Source of the DNA: Methanocaldococcus sp. 16A
Lineage (GTDB): Archaea > AGJL01 > Methanococci > Methanococcales > Methanocaldococcaceae
Length of the DNA: 64,000 bases
Reading direction: 5' to 3' (one strand)
Assembly (NCBI GenBank): GCA_049860595.1
Contig: CP187551.1
Part shown: positions 43,347 to 54,089 of the stretch, piece after piece
How positions within the stretch are numbered: position 1 is the first letter of the stretch
Layout: each line of letters starts with the position of its first letter
Translations under genes and position numbers: made by a program
Notes under the pieces: generated by a model
Told to the model about the DNA's origin: nothing
The model's database searches: none
What the model saw: only the letters and a program-made list of their open reading frames with translations

Positions 43347-44051
43347 TTAAAATTTTTTAAATCTCCATTTTATAAGTGTTAAAATAGCCTCAAATCCATC
43401 TTTCCATCTAATTTTTTTTCCTTCTTTTAATGTTCTTGGGTAATAATTTATAGGAACCTCATAGATTTTATAACCTTTTCTTAAAATTTTTGCAGTAACT
43501 TCCGGCTCCCAATCAAATCTATTACCTTCAGCATTTATAAGTATATCCTTTAAATCTTTATGAAATACTTTATAACACGTAGGCTCATCCGTCAAAAATG
43601 TAAAATAAAGAATATTTGTAATTAATGTTATACAAATCCCTCCTATTAAAAAAGATATATGAGAAAATTTATTTTCAATCTTTCTTAATCTTGAGCCATA
43701 TACAACTTTGGCTTTCCCTTCTAAGATTGGTTTTATTAGTTTTGGATAATCGTTTGGGTCATATTCTAAATCTGCATCTTGAATGATTATTATATCTCCA
43801 GTTGAATGTTTAATTCCTACTTTTAGAGCACTACCTTTTCCTTCATTTTTTTTATTTATGAGTTTAATATTTTCGTTAGGATGGTTTTTAATAAAATTTT
43901 CAATGATTTCTTTAGTTCTATCAGTGGAACCATCATTTACAACAATAATTTCTTTTTCTAAAGGTAATTTTACATTTAAAACCTTTTCTAAGATTTTTTC
44001 TATAGTTTTTTCTTCATTATATGCAGGAATCACTATTGAAACTTTTTTCAT
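43347..44051 (-). CDS. Polyprenol/dolichol-phosphate glycosyltransferase (DPM1-like GT2)
   Basis: [35 protein letters not shown]. Confidence 0.9.
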   Translation of the reverse strand: MKKVSIVIPAYNEEKTIEKILEKVLNVKLPLEKEIIVVNDGSTDRTKEIIENFIKNHPNENIKLINKKNEGKGSALKVGIKHSTGDIIIIQDADLEYDPNDYPKLIKPILEGKAKVVYGSRLRKIENKFSHISFLIGGICITLITNILYFTFLTDEPTCYKVFHKDLKDILINAEGNRFDWEPEVTAKILRKGYKIYEVPINYYPRTLKEGKKIRWKDGFEAILTLIKWRFKKF

Positions 44052-44084
44052 AATATCCCCAGTGTTTATTTAATTTTTTAATAA

Positions 44085-45905
44085 TTAATTTGAATTTGAA
44101 ATATTTATTTTATACAATACAGCAATTTTTTTATCATTATATGTATAATTCCAAACTTCTACCAAATATTTATTTAAATCAGGTTTCCAAGGGTTTGTAA
44201 AATTGTAATAGTTTTGTGGAGATATAATTAAAATATGAAACTTCCTAACATTTGGATACCTCGTAGAGGGGTCTATCCAATAATACATTGGAATATATTT
44301 AACTCCATATTCATCTAAATATTCTCTATTTTCTTTTGTATCGTATGTCATTAATGGGTCGTACATTCCAATAATTCGCCCATATTTATCAAATTGAAAC
44401 TCAGAATTAATCCAATAATAGTCCCAATATAGATATTTTACCTTATACTTTTTAATTAACTCCAATTTTTTCTTTGTATCATTTCCATACAAGATTATAG
44501 CGGCATCCATATCTCTTTGAGGTAAATTAATGTAAGGGTCGTTTTGTTGTGCCCATCTATTAACCATTACCTTCCTTCCACTAATTGAATTAATTACAAA
44601 GCTTAATTCTTTTGTTGATAAGATTACATCATTTACATCTGTATGTGTTAATAAATATTGTTGTAAGGATTTATATACTTCAGGCATTGGATATTTTCCT
44701 ACTTTAGCCCATTTATTATTGTTTATATAATTCAAAAATGCAAATGTAGTGTTAGCAAATAATAGAATAAATAAAATTCCAAATACAATAATATTTTTAT
44801 TATCATATAGTTTAAAGTGCTCTTTTATATATTTTAATCCGAATAATCCTATAAGGATAGCTAACAACCATAAATAAAATCCATGCATATAGGTAGGGAT
44901 AAAGTTAATTTTAAGCAAGGGTTCAGTTATGAAATAGCAGAATGTAGCAAATAAAGAACCAATTCCAAATATTTTAACAAACTCTTTCTCTATAGTGTCA
45001 TCTGATTTATAATATGCATATATCCCCAACCAAACTAATAAAGTGCTTATAATAGCCCCAATAGATGAAAAATTTAATAAATATGTTTTAATCATATCAA
45101 ACAAAAAGTTTATTTGTACATCTAACCTGCCAAAATCTATAACATCCATATGTGATCTATCATAAGAGCTATGTAGATGGTATATAAATAATGGCTTATA
45201 CCAGTAAAGCATCAATATAGGCACTGCAATAATTCCAAAAATCCCCCATTTTATTATATTTTCTTTTAAATAGTCAATAATTTTATCTCTGTTTTTATAT
45301 ATTTCATAAACAATGAAGATTAATAATATCAAAGTAGCTCCAACAAATGCAACCATGTGAGATAGGGTTAATAAACCATAAATTAATCCCAACAAAGCAT
45401 AATAAATTATCTTTCTTTCTTTAAATGTTAGATATAGAGCAATAACAAATAAAGGCACCATAACTTGATGTGTGAATGGTGTATATTTTAATATTGGATA
45501 TGAACTTATTCCATTAGCTAAAACCACACCAATTAATGCAATCCAATCATCTTTAAATAAAACTCTAAATAAATAAAACCATATAACACTACTTACAATA
45601 AATATAACTATTGAAAAATAAAACATTCCATTCATTGTATCTAAATTAAACAAATCACAAAATTTAGCACACAGATATCCATAAACTGGAAGATATCCAG
45701 GTAATCCTCCGAGTATTGATGAACTTTCTAATGGGTTACCACCTTCTCTAATATGCCAAATAACCCCCATCTGATAATAGTAATCTCCTCCATAAATTGG
45801 AGATGGTAGTGATTTAAATTGTGATATTCCATTATATTGAATAAATGCTCCTAATATAATATATAAGATTAGCAATAAAATTGATAACTTACTTTTAACA
45901 TCCAT
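44085..45905 (-). CDS. Polytopic membrane protein with GT-C-like architecture
   Basis: GGDYYYQ loop after TM1, many TMs, soluble C-domain ending in KKYKVKYLYWD; next to a DPM1-like GT. Confidence 0.7.
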   Translation of the reverse strand: MDVKSKLSILLLILYIILGAFIQYNGISQFKSLPSPIYGGDYYYQMGVIWHIREGGNPLESSSILGGLPGYLPVYGYLCAKFCDLFNLDTMNGMFYFSIVIFIVSSVIWFYLFRVLFKDDWIALIGVVLANGISSYPILKYTPFTHQVMVPLFVIALYLTFKERKIIYYALLGLIYGLLTLSHMVAFVGATLILLIFIVYEIYKNRDKIIDYLKENIIKWGIFGIIAVPILMLYWYKPLFIYHLHSSYDRSHMDVIDFGRLDVQINFLFDMIKTYLLNFSSIGAIISTLLVWLGIYAYYKSDDTIEKEFVKIFGIGSLFATFCYFITEPLLKINFIPTYMHGFYLWLLAILIGLFGLKYIKEHFKLYDNKNIIVFGILFILLFANTTFAFLNYINNNKWAKVGKYPMPEVYKSLQQYLLTHTDVNDVILSTKELSFVINSISGRKVMVNRWAQQNDPYINLPQRDMDAAIILYGNDTKKKLELIKKYKVKYLYWDYYWINSEFQFDKYGRIIGMYDPLMTYDTKENREYLDEYGVKYIPMYYWIDPSTRYPNVRKFHILIISPQNYYNFTNPWKPDLNKYLVEVWNYTYNDKKIAVLYKINISNSN

Positions 45906-46001
45906 ATTACTCTCACCTTAAAATTGTAGTATACGTTGTTATTTATATATAAAACTATTTAAAAGTTACCTTAATCTCTAATAATGAACTTTGGTGAGAT
46001 A

Positions 46002-46409
46002 ATGTTATTTAAATTCCAAATAAAAACAAATAAAAGGGAAGAGTTGGTAGATATAACTTCCCAAATAGTTTCAGCAATATCTGAATCAAAGGTTAAAGAT
46101 GGGATAGCAGTTATTTATGTTCCACACACAACCGCTGGAATAACTATAAATGAAAATGCCGACCCATCAGTGAAGCATGATATAATAAACTTTCTCTCTC
46201 ATCTTATTCCTAAAAATTGGAATTTTACGCACTTAGAAGGCAATTCAGATGCACATATAAAAAGCTCTTTAGTTGGCTGTTCTCAAACAATTATTATTAA
46301 AGATGGAAAACCATTATTAGGAACTTGGCAGGGAGTATTTTTTGCTGAATTTGATGGACCAAGAAGAAGAGAGTTTTATGTAAAAATAATACCTGATAAA
46401 GAAAAATAA
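46002..46409 (+). CDS. yjbQ: YjbQ / UPF0047 family protein
   Basis: PHTTAGITINE, NSDAHIK, LGTWQG..EFDGPR. Confidence 0.9.
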   Translation: MLFKFQIKTNKREELVDITSQIVSAISESKVKDGIAVIYVPHTTAGITINENADPSVKHDIINFLSHLIPKNWNFTHLEGNSDAHIKSSLVGCSQTIIIKDGKPLLGTWQGVFFAEFDGPRRREFYVKIIPDKEK

Positions 46410-46436
46410 AAACAAAGTCATGTACATTGTGATATC

Positions 46437-46814
46437 ATGAAGGATTTTATCATAAATAGGCTAAAAAAATTTACCATTGAAGATTTGATGAGATGTATTT
46501 TAGGACTACAAGAGATTGAAATAAAGGTTTATTTTGACCTTTTAGAGAATGGAGAGGGTAGTGTATTAGAGATAGCTGAGAGAGTTAATAGGGATAGAAC
46601 TACTGTGCAGAAAGCTTTAAGAAGCTTAATGAACTGTGGTTTAGTTAATAGAAAAAAAGTAACTGAAAAAGTAGGATATAAATATATATACAACGCTGTA
46701 GAGTTAGATAAAGTGAGCGATATAATTGAGGAGCTATTAGATGATTGGTATCAAAATGTTAAAAAATGGCTTAACTATTTTAGAGAAAGTAGATACAATG
46801 AGAAAAATTATTAA
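46437..46814 (+). CDS. HTH transcriptional regulator (TrmB-like)
   Basis: SVLEIAERVNRDRTTVQKAL. Confidence 0.85.
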   Translation: MKDFIINRLKKFTIEDLMRCILGLQEIEIKVYFDLLENGEGSVLEIAERVNRDRTTVQKALRSLMNCGLVNRKKVTEKVGYKYIYNAVELDKVSDIIEELLDDWYQNVKKWLNYFRESRYNEKNY

Positions 46815-46874
46815 ACCCATTTTGACAAATAAAGTGGTAATGATAATAATATTATATGCTATGAGGTGAGAGAT

Positions 46875-47456
46875 ATGAAAGTTATAGGGATAAGTGGTAG
46901 TCCAAGACCTGAAGGAAATACAACTTTATTAGTTAGAGAGGCTTTAAATGCTATTGCTGAGGAAGGAATTGAAACAGAATTTATCTCCTTAGCTGATAAA
47001 GAACTAAATCCATGTATTGCTTGCAATATATGTAAAGATACTGGAAGTTGTCAAATAATTGATGACGTTGAGGAAATATTAGAAAAGATGAAAAAAGCTG
47101 ATGGGATTATTCTCGGCTCACCAGTTTACTTTGGTGGAGTTTCAGCTCAGTTAAAGATGTTGATGGATAGATCAAGACCTTTAAGAGTGGGCTTTCAATT
47201 AAAAAATAAAGTTGGGGGAGCTATAGCAGTTGGAGCTAGTAGAAATGGAGGACAAGAGACAACAATTCAACAAATCCATAATTTCTTTTTAATACATTCA
47301 ATGATAGTTGTTGGAGATAATGACCCAACAGCTCACTATGGAGGAACAGGTGTAGGAAAAGCTCCAGGAGATTGTAAAGATGATGATATTGGCTTAGAAA
47401 CTGCAAGAAACTTAGGTAAAAAGATAGCTGAAGTTATTAAATTAATTAAAAAGTAA
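46875..47456 (+). CDS. Iron-sulfur flavoprotein (Isf-like)
   Basis: ISGSPR..GNT, CIACNIC....C, SPVYFG, RNGGQE. Confidence 0.9.
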   Translation: MKVIGISGSPRPEGNTTLLVREALNAIAEEGIETEFISLADKELNPCIACNICKDTGSCQIIDDVEEILEKMKKADGIILGSPVYFGGVSAQLKMLMDRSRPLRVGFQLKNKVGGAIAVGASRNGGQETTIQQIHNFFLIHSMIVVGDNDPTAHYGGTGVGKAPGDCKDDDIGLETARNLGKKIAEVIKLIKK

Positions 47457-47502
47457 ATTTATTTTAAATTTTTGTTTTTATAAAAAACAAATAGTGATAA
47501 TA

Positions 47503-48345
47503 ATGATAGATGCAAAAACTAAGGTTATAGGGTTGATAGGTCATCCAGTAGAGCATTCTTTTTCACCAATAATACACAATGCAGCTTTTAAAGATAAAGG
47601 ATTAAACTATGTTTATGTAGCTTTTGATGTCTTGCCAGAAAATTTAAAGTATGTGATAGATGGGGCTAAAGCTCTTGGGATAGTCGGATTTAATGTAACC
47701 ATTCCACACAAAATAGAAATTATGAAGTATTTGGATGAGATAGATAAAGATGCTCAATTACTTGGGGCAGTTAATACAATAAAAATAGAGGATGGAAAAG
47801 CAATTGGCTATAATACAGATGGTATTGGAGCAAGGATGGCTTTAGAGGAAGAGGTTGGAAAAGTTAAAGATAAGAACATAGTTATTTTTGGGGCTGGGGG
47901 AGCTGCAAGAGCTGTAGCTTTTGAATTGGCAAAAGATAACAATATTATAATAGCCAATAGAACAGTTGAAAAAGCAGAAAACTTAGCTAAGGAGATAGCT
48001 AAAAAATTGAATAAAAAATTTGGTGAAGAAGTTAAATTTAGTGGGTTAGATGTAGATTTAAAGGATATTGATATAATAATTAATGCAACACCAATTGGAA
48101 TGTATCCAAATGTTGATGTTGAACCAATAGTTAAAGCTGATAAGTTAAGAGAAGATATGGTAGTTATGGATTTAATTTATAATCCATTAGAAACAGTTTT
48201 ATTAAAAGAGGCTAAAAAAGTTAATGCAAAAACAATAAATGGATTAGGAATGTTGATATATCAAGGGGCTGTTGCATTTAAAATATGGACTGGTGTAGAA
48301 CCTAATGTAGAAGTTATGAAAGAGAGTCTTAAAAAATGTTTATAA
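47503..48345 (+). CDS. aroE: Shikimate dehydrogenase
   Basis: HSFSP, NVTIPHK, NTDG, GAGGAARA, MLIYQG. Confidence 0.97.
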   Translation: MIDAKTKVIGLIGHPVEHSFSPIIHNAAFKDKGLNYVYVAFDVLPENLKYVIDGAKALGIVGFNVTIPHKIEIMKYLDEIDKDAQLLGAVNTIKIEDGKAIGYNTDGIGARMALEEEVGKVKDKNIVIFGAGGAARAVAFELAKDNNIIIANRTVEKAENLAKEIAKKLNKKFGEEVKFSGLDVDLKDIDIIINATPIGMYPNVDVEPIVKADKLREDMVVMDLIYNPLETVLLKEAKKVNAKTINGLGMLIYQGAVAFKIWTGVEPNVEVMKESLKKCL

Positions 48346-48358
48346 TATATGTGATAGT

Positions 48359-49381
48359 ATGAGAGTAAGAATAAGAGACTTTATAGAGACAGTTGAAGGA
48401 CTATATTTCGCTGTAAATACATATTATCATCCAGAAGATAGATTTTTTGCTTTTTTAAGATATGTTCCCTATGAATTTGTAGATTTTGAAGTAGATAAAA
48501 ACAATATTAGAGAAATTAATGGAAGAAAGTATGTAAAGATGGCTGAATCCCAAAAAGCTTACAAATTTTTAAAAGAAAAATTTAACAAATATCTTTTTTA
48601 CGATGAAACAATCAATGTTTTAATGCATGCTATTCCAAAAGAAGATATTGAAAGAATTTTAAGTCCAAAAGATAGGTTAAATGATATTGTTAATGAAGAA
48701 AACAATTTAAGTGAATTGGAAGAAAAATGTAGAAAATTAGCTTTAATTTTAGAAGAGTATGGTATTCCAATTAAAAGTATGGGAGTTAGTGGATCTCTAT
48801 TACTAAAATTAAATAATAAAAATTCAGATATCGATTTTGTAATTTATGGGAAAGATATGCATAAAAAAGGAAGGGAAGCTCTAAAACAGGCATTTGAAGA
48901 TAATAAGTTAAAGCCATTATCAGATAATTTTTGGAAAATAGCTTATGAAAAGAGAATCAAAGATGGAACTTTAACTTATGAGGAATTTGTATTTTATGAA
49001 AAGAGAAAGTTTAATAGAGGGATTATAGACAATACAATGTTTGATTTATTATTTACGAGAGAATGGAATGAAATTAATGAAAAATATGGTGATAAACAAT
49101 ATAAAAACTTAGGTTTTATAAAAGTAGAGGGTAGAGTTTTAAATGATGACTTTGCCTTTGACAATCCAGCTGTTTATAAGATAGAGTGCTATAATGATGA
49201 AGATATAAAAGAGGTTGTTTCCTTCACCCACACTTATGCTGGACAGTGCTTTAATGGTGAAGAAATTATTGCAAGAGGTAAATTAGAGGAAGTTATTGAT
49301 AAAAATGGAAATAAATACAAAAGAGTTGTTGTAGGGACTACAAGGGAAGCATTTAACGAATACATAAAAATAAAGAGATAA
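48359..49381 (+). CDS. Pol-beta-type nucleotidyltransferase domain protein
   Basis: GVSGSLL...SDIDFVIYG; C-terminal OB-like region. Confidence 0.8.
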   Translation: MRVRIRDFIETVEGLYFAVNTYYHPEDRFFAFLRYVPYEFVDFEVDKNNIREINGRKYVKMAESQKAYKFLKEKFNKYLFYDETINVLMHAIPKEDIERILSPKDRLNDIVNEENNLSELEEKCRKLALILEEYGIPIKSMGVSGSLLLKLNNKNSDIDFVIYGKDMHKKGREALKQAFEDNKLKPLSDNFWKIAYEKRIKDGTLTYEEFVFYEKRKFNRGIIDNTMFDLLFTREWNEINEKYGDKQYKNLGFIKVEGRVLNDDFAFDNPAVYKIECYNDEDIKEVVSFTHTYAGQCFNGEEIIARGKLEEVIDKNGNKYKRVVVGTTREAFNEYIKIKR

Positions 49382-49394
49382 AGTAGGGCTTATT

Positions 49395-50333
49395 ATGATA
49401 ATTGAAACTCCATCAAAGGTTATATTATTTGGAGAGCATGCAGTTGTTTATGGTTATAGAGCTATAGCAATGGCTATTGATTTAACATCAATTATTGAAA
49501 TTAGAGAATTAGATAGAAATGAAATAATTTTAAATTTAAATGACTTAAATAAAAGCTTAAAGTTAAATTTAGATGATATAAAAAATATTAATCCCAATAA
49601 CTATGATGATTTCAAATACTGCCTCTGTGCAATAAAAAACACTATAAATTATTTAAATATAAAACCAAAAACAGGGTTTGAGATAAATATCTGTTCAAAA
49701 ATTCCAATAAGTTGTGGTTTGGGTAGCTCTGCCTCAATAACAATTGGAACAATAAAGGCAGTTAGCAGATTTTGTAATAAACAGCTTAAAGATGATGAGA
49801 TTGCAAAACTTGGTTATACAGTAGAGAAAGAGATTCAAGGAAAGGCGAGTATTACAGACACTTCAACAATAACATATAGGGGCATCTTAGAGATAAAAAA
49901 CAACAAATTTAAAAAAATTAAAGGAGATTTTGAGAAATTCTTAAAAAGTTGTAAATTTTTAATAGTCTATGCTGAAAAAAGAAAGAAAAAAACTGCAGAG
50001 TTGGTTAATGAAGTGGCAAAAATTGAAAATAAGGATGAAATATTTAAAGAAATAGATAAGATTATTGAAAACGCCTTGAAAACAGATAATAAAGAAGATT
50101 TTGGAAAATTAATGTCTAAAAACCATGAACTCTTAAAGAAATTAAATATCTCAACTCCAAAACTTGATAAAATCGTTGATATTGGAAATAAATTTGGTTT
50201 TGGAGCAAAATTAACAGGAGCTGGAGGAGGAGGTTGTGTAATAATCTTAGTTGATGAAAATAGAGAAAAAGAGTTGATAAGAGAATTAAATAAAGAGAAT
50301 GTAAAAATTTTTAAATGTAAAATGATAAATTAG
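49395..50333 (+). CDS. mvk: Mevalonate kinase
   Basis: PSKVILFGEHAVVYG, PISCGLGSSA, KLTGAGGGG. Confidence 0.96.
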   Translation: MIIETPSKVILFGEHAVVYGYRAIAMAIDLTSIIEIRELDRNEIILNLNDLNKSLKLNLDDIKNINPNNYDDFKYCLCAIKNTINYLNIKPKTGFEINICSKIPISCGLGSSASITIGTIKAVSRFCNKQLKDDEIAKLGYTVEKEIQGKASITDTSTITYRGILEIKNNKFKKIKGDFEKFLKSCKFLIVYAEKRKKKTAELVNEVAKIENKDEIFKEIDKIIENALKTDNKEDFGKLMSKNHELLKKLNISTPKLDKIVDIGNKFGFGAKLTGAGGGGCVIILVDENREKELIRELNKENVKIFKCKMIN

Positions 50334-51169
50334 CACATTTCTTTTAAATATTTAGCTAAATTTTTTCTAACTTCTCCAATAGTGAAGCCCCATTCAATAG
50401 GGATATTATCTTCTTTATTCAAAATCTCAATTAAGTGAGCAACTCTTGGTAATCTTAAGTTCGCTTTTCTTATTGTCTCAACGTCACTAAAAACTTCTTT
50501 TGGCTCCCCTTCTTTCAAAATCTTTCCATCATACATAACATAAACCTTATCAGCATACACAGGAACTAAATCCACATCATGAGTTGAAATTATTATAGTC
50601 ATTCCTTTTTTATTTAAATCATATAAAAGCTTCATTATCTTCGATGCCCCAACTGGGTCTAAACCAGAGGTAGGCTCATCTAAAACAATAACCTCTGGTT
50701 GCATTGCCAAAATTCCTGCTATTGCCACTCTCTTTTTTTGCCCTCCACTTAAATGGTGTGGAGGTTTATTTTCAAATCCTTCCATACCTACAGCTTTTAA
50801 TGCCTCTCTAACCCTTCTCTCAACTTCATCTTTTGGTAATCCTAAGTTTAAAGGTCCGAAAGCTACATCCTCTTTAACCGTAGGGGCAAAGATTTGGTCG
50901 TCAGGATTTTGAAAAACTAAACCAACAGTCTTTCTGACTTCTATTAAACTTTTTTTATCATATTTTATTGGTTTTCCTTTTATTAAAACCTCTCCTTTAG
51001 TAGGTCTTAAAATTCCATTGAAATGCAAAAATAATGTTGATTTACCAACACCATTAGGTCCTAATATAGAAACCATCTCCCCTTTTTTTACTTTAAAATT
51101 TATACCTTTTAAAACCTCTGTTCCATCAGGGTATCTAAAATATAAATCTCTTGTTTCAATCATATTCAT
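50330..51169 (-). CDS. cbiO: ECF cobalt transporter ATPase
   Basis: GPNGVGKST, VFQNPDDQ, LSGGQKKR, LDEPT. Confidence 0.93.
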   Translation of the reverse strand: MNMIETRDLYFRYPDGTEVLKGINFKVKKGEMVSILGPNGVGKSTLFLHFNGILRPTKGEVLIKGKPIKYDKKSLIEVRKTVGLVFQNPDDQIFAPTVKEDVAFGPLNLGLPKDEVERRVREALKAVGMEGFENKPPHHLSGGQKKRVAIAGILAMQPEVIVLDEPTSGLDPVGASKIMKLLYDLNKKGMTIIISTHDVDLVPVYADKVYVMYDGKILKEGEPKEVFSDVETIRKANLRLPRVAHLIEILNKEDNIPIEWGFTIGEVRKNLAKYLKEMC

Positions 51170-51170
51170 T

Positions 51171-51953
51171 CTAAAACACCTTTATATTTTTAGTAAGATA
51201 TGCAAGTAATATCAAAAATAGTCCTATTAATATTACCACTATGATATATATAGATTTTGGGTTATCTATGTCCTCAAGAGTTTTGAATGTCCCATTATAA
51301 TTTCGTGATTCCATTGCAATGTATATTTTCTCTCCTTTATTCCAAGCTCTTATAAATAAATTTGCTAAAACTATACCTAAGGATTTATAGCTTGTCTTTA
51401 TGTTTTTAAATCCTAATTTAACCTCAGCAGCATTTTTCATATTAATAAATTCATCTAATAAGACAAATATATATCTATACATCATCAACACCATGTCAAT
51501 AAAAATACTTGGAAATTTTAATTCTTGGAGAATTTTAAATAATTGATGAATCGGCGTAGTTAGTGCCATGAATAGCATACACGAGGAACAACCAAGAATT
51601 CTTGAAAATACCAATATACCCATATTTAACCCAGTTTTTTTAAATGTTATAAATCCTAACTTAAAAATTACATCATTTCCATACCATACACCCATAAAAA
51701 TCAAATTAAAAAATCCAAATGCGATTATTGAACCTATTAAACCTAAATATATTGGATATACTTTTTTGTCTAATGCATATAATGTTAATATGAACATAAT
51801 GGCAAAAATTAATATAGGAACTACGAATGATTTTGAAAACAAAGATATTAAGAGCAACAATAACGCAAAAATAACTTTTAATTTTGGATTTACTTTTAAG
51901 AGTCTATTCTTATGAGCGATATCATCCAATATATACATATCATCACCATGCAT
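51171..51953 (-). CDS. cbiQ: ECF cobalt transporter T component
   Basis: LTTP, YRYIFVL, AMESRNY. Confidence 0.9.
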   Translation of the reverse strand: MHGDDMYILDDIAHKNRLLKVNPKLKVIFALLLLLISLFSKSFVVPILIFAIMFILTLYALDKKVYPIYLGLIGSIIAFGFFNLIFMGVWYGNDVIFKLGFITFKKTGLNMGILVFSRILGCSSCMLFMALTTPIHQLFKILQELKFPSIFIDMVLMMYRYIFVLLDEFINMKNAAEVKLGFKNIKTSYKSLGIVLANLFIRAWNKGEKIYIAMESRNYNGTFKTLEDIDNPKSIYIIVVILIGLFLILLAYLTKNIKVF

Positions 51954-52038
51954 TAATTAGAGTATATACTCACCATTAAAAAATCTAAACTTTAAATTAC
52001 AATTATATATTAAACAAATTAAATAAAAATGAAAAAGA

Positions 52039-52323
52039 TTAATTTGATAATGTTTGTTTAGCTCTAAAATATCCGATATAATAACCTATAATTATAGCAC
52101 CAATTGCAGCTTGTAATGCAAATAATAAACTTTCTATTTCACCACTAGGTGGTTCCCAAATAGGTTTAAACCATGGATGATAATTTGGGTCTATTTTTTC
52201 AATCATCTCAGTACCTTGATCATCAGAACCTTCATATTCTCCTTTAACAAATAGTAATGGAAACGCTATCAATAATGCTACGATACCTAATAATATAATA
52301 TGTTTTATTTCCACATTATTCAC
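52039..52323 (-). CDS. cbiN: Cobalt transport protein CbiN
   Basis: PWFKPIWEPPSGEIESLLFALQAAIGA. Confidence 0.95.
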   Translation of the reverse strand: MNNVEIKHIILLGIVALLIAFPLLFVKGEYEGSDDQGTEMIEKIDPNYHPWFKPIWEPPSGEIESLLFALQAAIGAIIIGYYIGYFRAKQTLSN

Positions 52324-53020
52324 CCCCTACATCGAGAGTATTTACAGCAATATTTAATTCATTTTCATTAACTACGCCTAATTTAGATAGTATATCTGGT
52401 CTTAATTTTTTGATATAGTCCCAAATTACCATTGTTAAAATACCTTCAGCAATAGCTAATGGTACTTGTGTTACTGCATAAATTGCTAAAAAACCTAAGC
52501 ATGTATAGACTGGATTAGTTCCTGGAAATGCTAATGTTAATTGTATAGCAGTTGTTACATAGGTTAACCAATCAGAGAATACAGCTGCAATACCTATAGC
52601 GTAGGTAGAGTTTATTCCTAATTTTTTATGTAACAAACTATAAGTTAGCCATCCAAAGAAAGGCCCTACTATTCCCATTGAGAAATCATTAGCTCCTAAT
52701 GTAGTAATCCCCCCATGAGCTAAAAATAATGCCTGAAATAACAATACAATAGATGCCAACGCTGCTGTAACTGGTACTCCAAATAACACTGCACCCAAAC
52801 CATTACCACAAGGGTGTGAGCAACTTCCAGTAACTGATGGCATCTTTAAAGAACTCAAAACAAACATATATGCTCCAGAAATAGCAATTAGTGGTTTTGA
52901 TTCTGGAATCTCCTCAGATATCTTTTTTATTCTATAAAATCCATAGGCAATTATTGGTAGAGCTAATGCATACCAAAAGGCACACCACATTGGTGGAAGA
53001 TACCCTTCCATTATGTGCAA
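52316..53020 (-). CDS. cbiM: ECF cobalt S component CbiM
   Basis: TTG start at 53020, behind GGTGAT, gives the metal-binding M-H-I-M-E-G N-terminus; SCSHP, AHGG. Confidence 0.95.
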   Translation of the reverse strand: MHIMEGYLPPMWCAFWYALALPIIAYGFYRIKKISEEIPESKPLIAISGAYMFVLSSLKMPSVTGSCSHPCGNGLGAVLFGVPVTAALASIVLLFQALFLAHGGITTLGANDFSMGIVGPFFGWLTYSLLHKKLGINSTYAIGIAAVFSDWLTYVTTAIQLTLAFPGTNPVYTCLGFLAIYAVTQVPLAIAEGILTMVIWDYIKKLRPDILSKLGVVNENELNIAVNTLDVGGE

Positions 53021-53232
53021 AGTATCACCCAATATTATGTTATTTAATATTATTAAAGGAAACTTTATATTTTTACAGTATTCTTTATCTTATATATATT
53101 TAACGGTATTTTATCATTAGTAAAATAATTTTTAATTGTATTATTTTTAATGAATTTTTTCTATTTTTTATTATTTTTTATTATCATTTTAAATTAAAGA
53201 CATTTTTAGTGTTGATTAAGTTTTCTTTTTTA

Positions 53233-53314
53233 GTAATAAACTATTTAAATAATAAGGTAGTTTAAGTAATATCAAGTATTACAAAAAAGGATTTATATAA
53301 AAATAAGTTATTAC
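53233..53314. promoter_or_regulatory. Candidate metal-regulator operator region between divergent cbiM and rcnA-like genes
   Basis: Palindrome GTAATA-TCAAG-TATTAC (53266-53282); extra half-sites at 53233 and 53309; TTTATATA box nearby. Confidence 0.3.
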
Positions 53315-53315
53315 G

Positions 53316-53960
53316 GTGATGGTTGTGGAATTTCTATACGCAATAACTGCATTCATACTCGGAATGTTGCATGCTTTAGAGCCAGGACATGGGAAAAGTG
53401 TTTTAGCTGCTTATATTTTAGGAACAAAAACAGCCCTAAAAGATGCCATTTTATTGGGAATAACTATAACTATATCCCACACAGCAGTGATATTTTTATT
53501 AGGAATTTTGTCATTATATCTATTAACAAACCTAAATGTGGAGTTAGTTCATGATATGATGAATATTTTAGGAGGAATAATATTAATTACCGTGGGGATT
53601 TGGATAATAAAAAGCTATTTACATCCACATGAGCATAAAATTGATGCAAAAAAGGGAATTATTGCTATAGGTTTATCTGCAGGTTTAGTTCCTTGTCCAG
53701 CAGCGTTAGCAGTTTTATTGTTATCTATAACCTTAGGAGATTTATTTGGAGGATTATTTTATGTAGCAATATTTAGTATCGGATTAGCATTAGCTCTAAC
53801 TACATTGGCAGTAATGTTCGTTAAAAGTAAAGAATTTATTCAAAAATATATTAGAAGTAAAAAGATATCAAAAATTCCATTAATTAGTGGAGGTATTATA
53901 ATATTAATTGGATTATATACTTTATCTCATTCTATCCTTCACTATTTGGAAATAATTTAA
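53316..53960 (+). CDS. RcnA/NicO-type nickel/cobalt transporter
   Basis: HALEPGHGK, GLVPCPAA, His-rich loop. Confidence 0.88.
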   Translation: MMVVEFLYAITAFILGMLHALEPGHGKSVLAAYILGTKTALKDAILLGITITISHTAVIFLLGILSLYLLTNLNVELVHDMMNILGGIILITVGIWIIKSYLHPHEHKIDAKKGIIAIGLSAGLVPCPAALAVLLLSITLGDLFGGLFYVAIFSIGLALALTTLAVMFVKSKEFIQKYIRSKKISKIPLISGGIIILIGLYTLSHSILHYLEII

Positions 53961-54089
53961 CTTTATAATATTTATTAATAATATTTATTATATATGCTTA
54001 TAGATATAAATTTATTAATATAGAAAACTTTTAAATTATGCAAAATATAGAAATTAGAAGGATATTTAAAAAATAATAAATGTGGTAAT

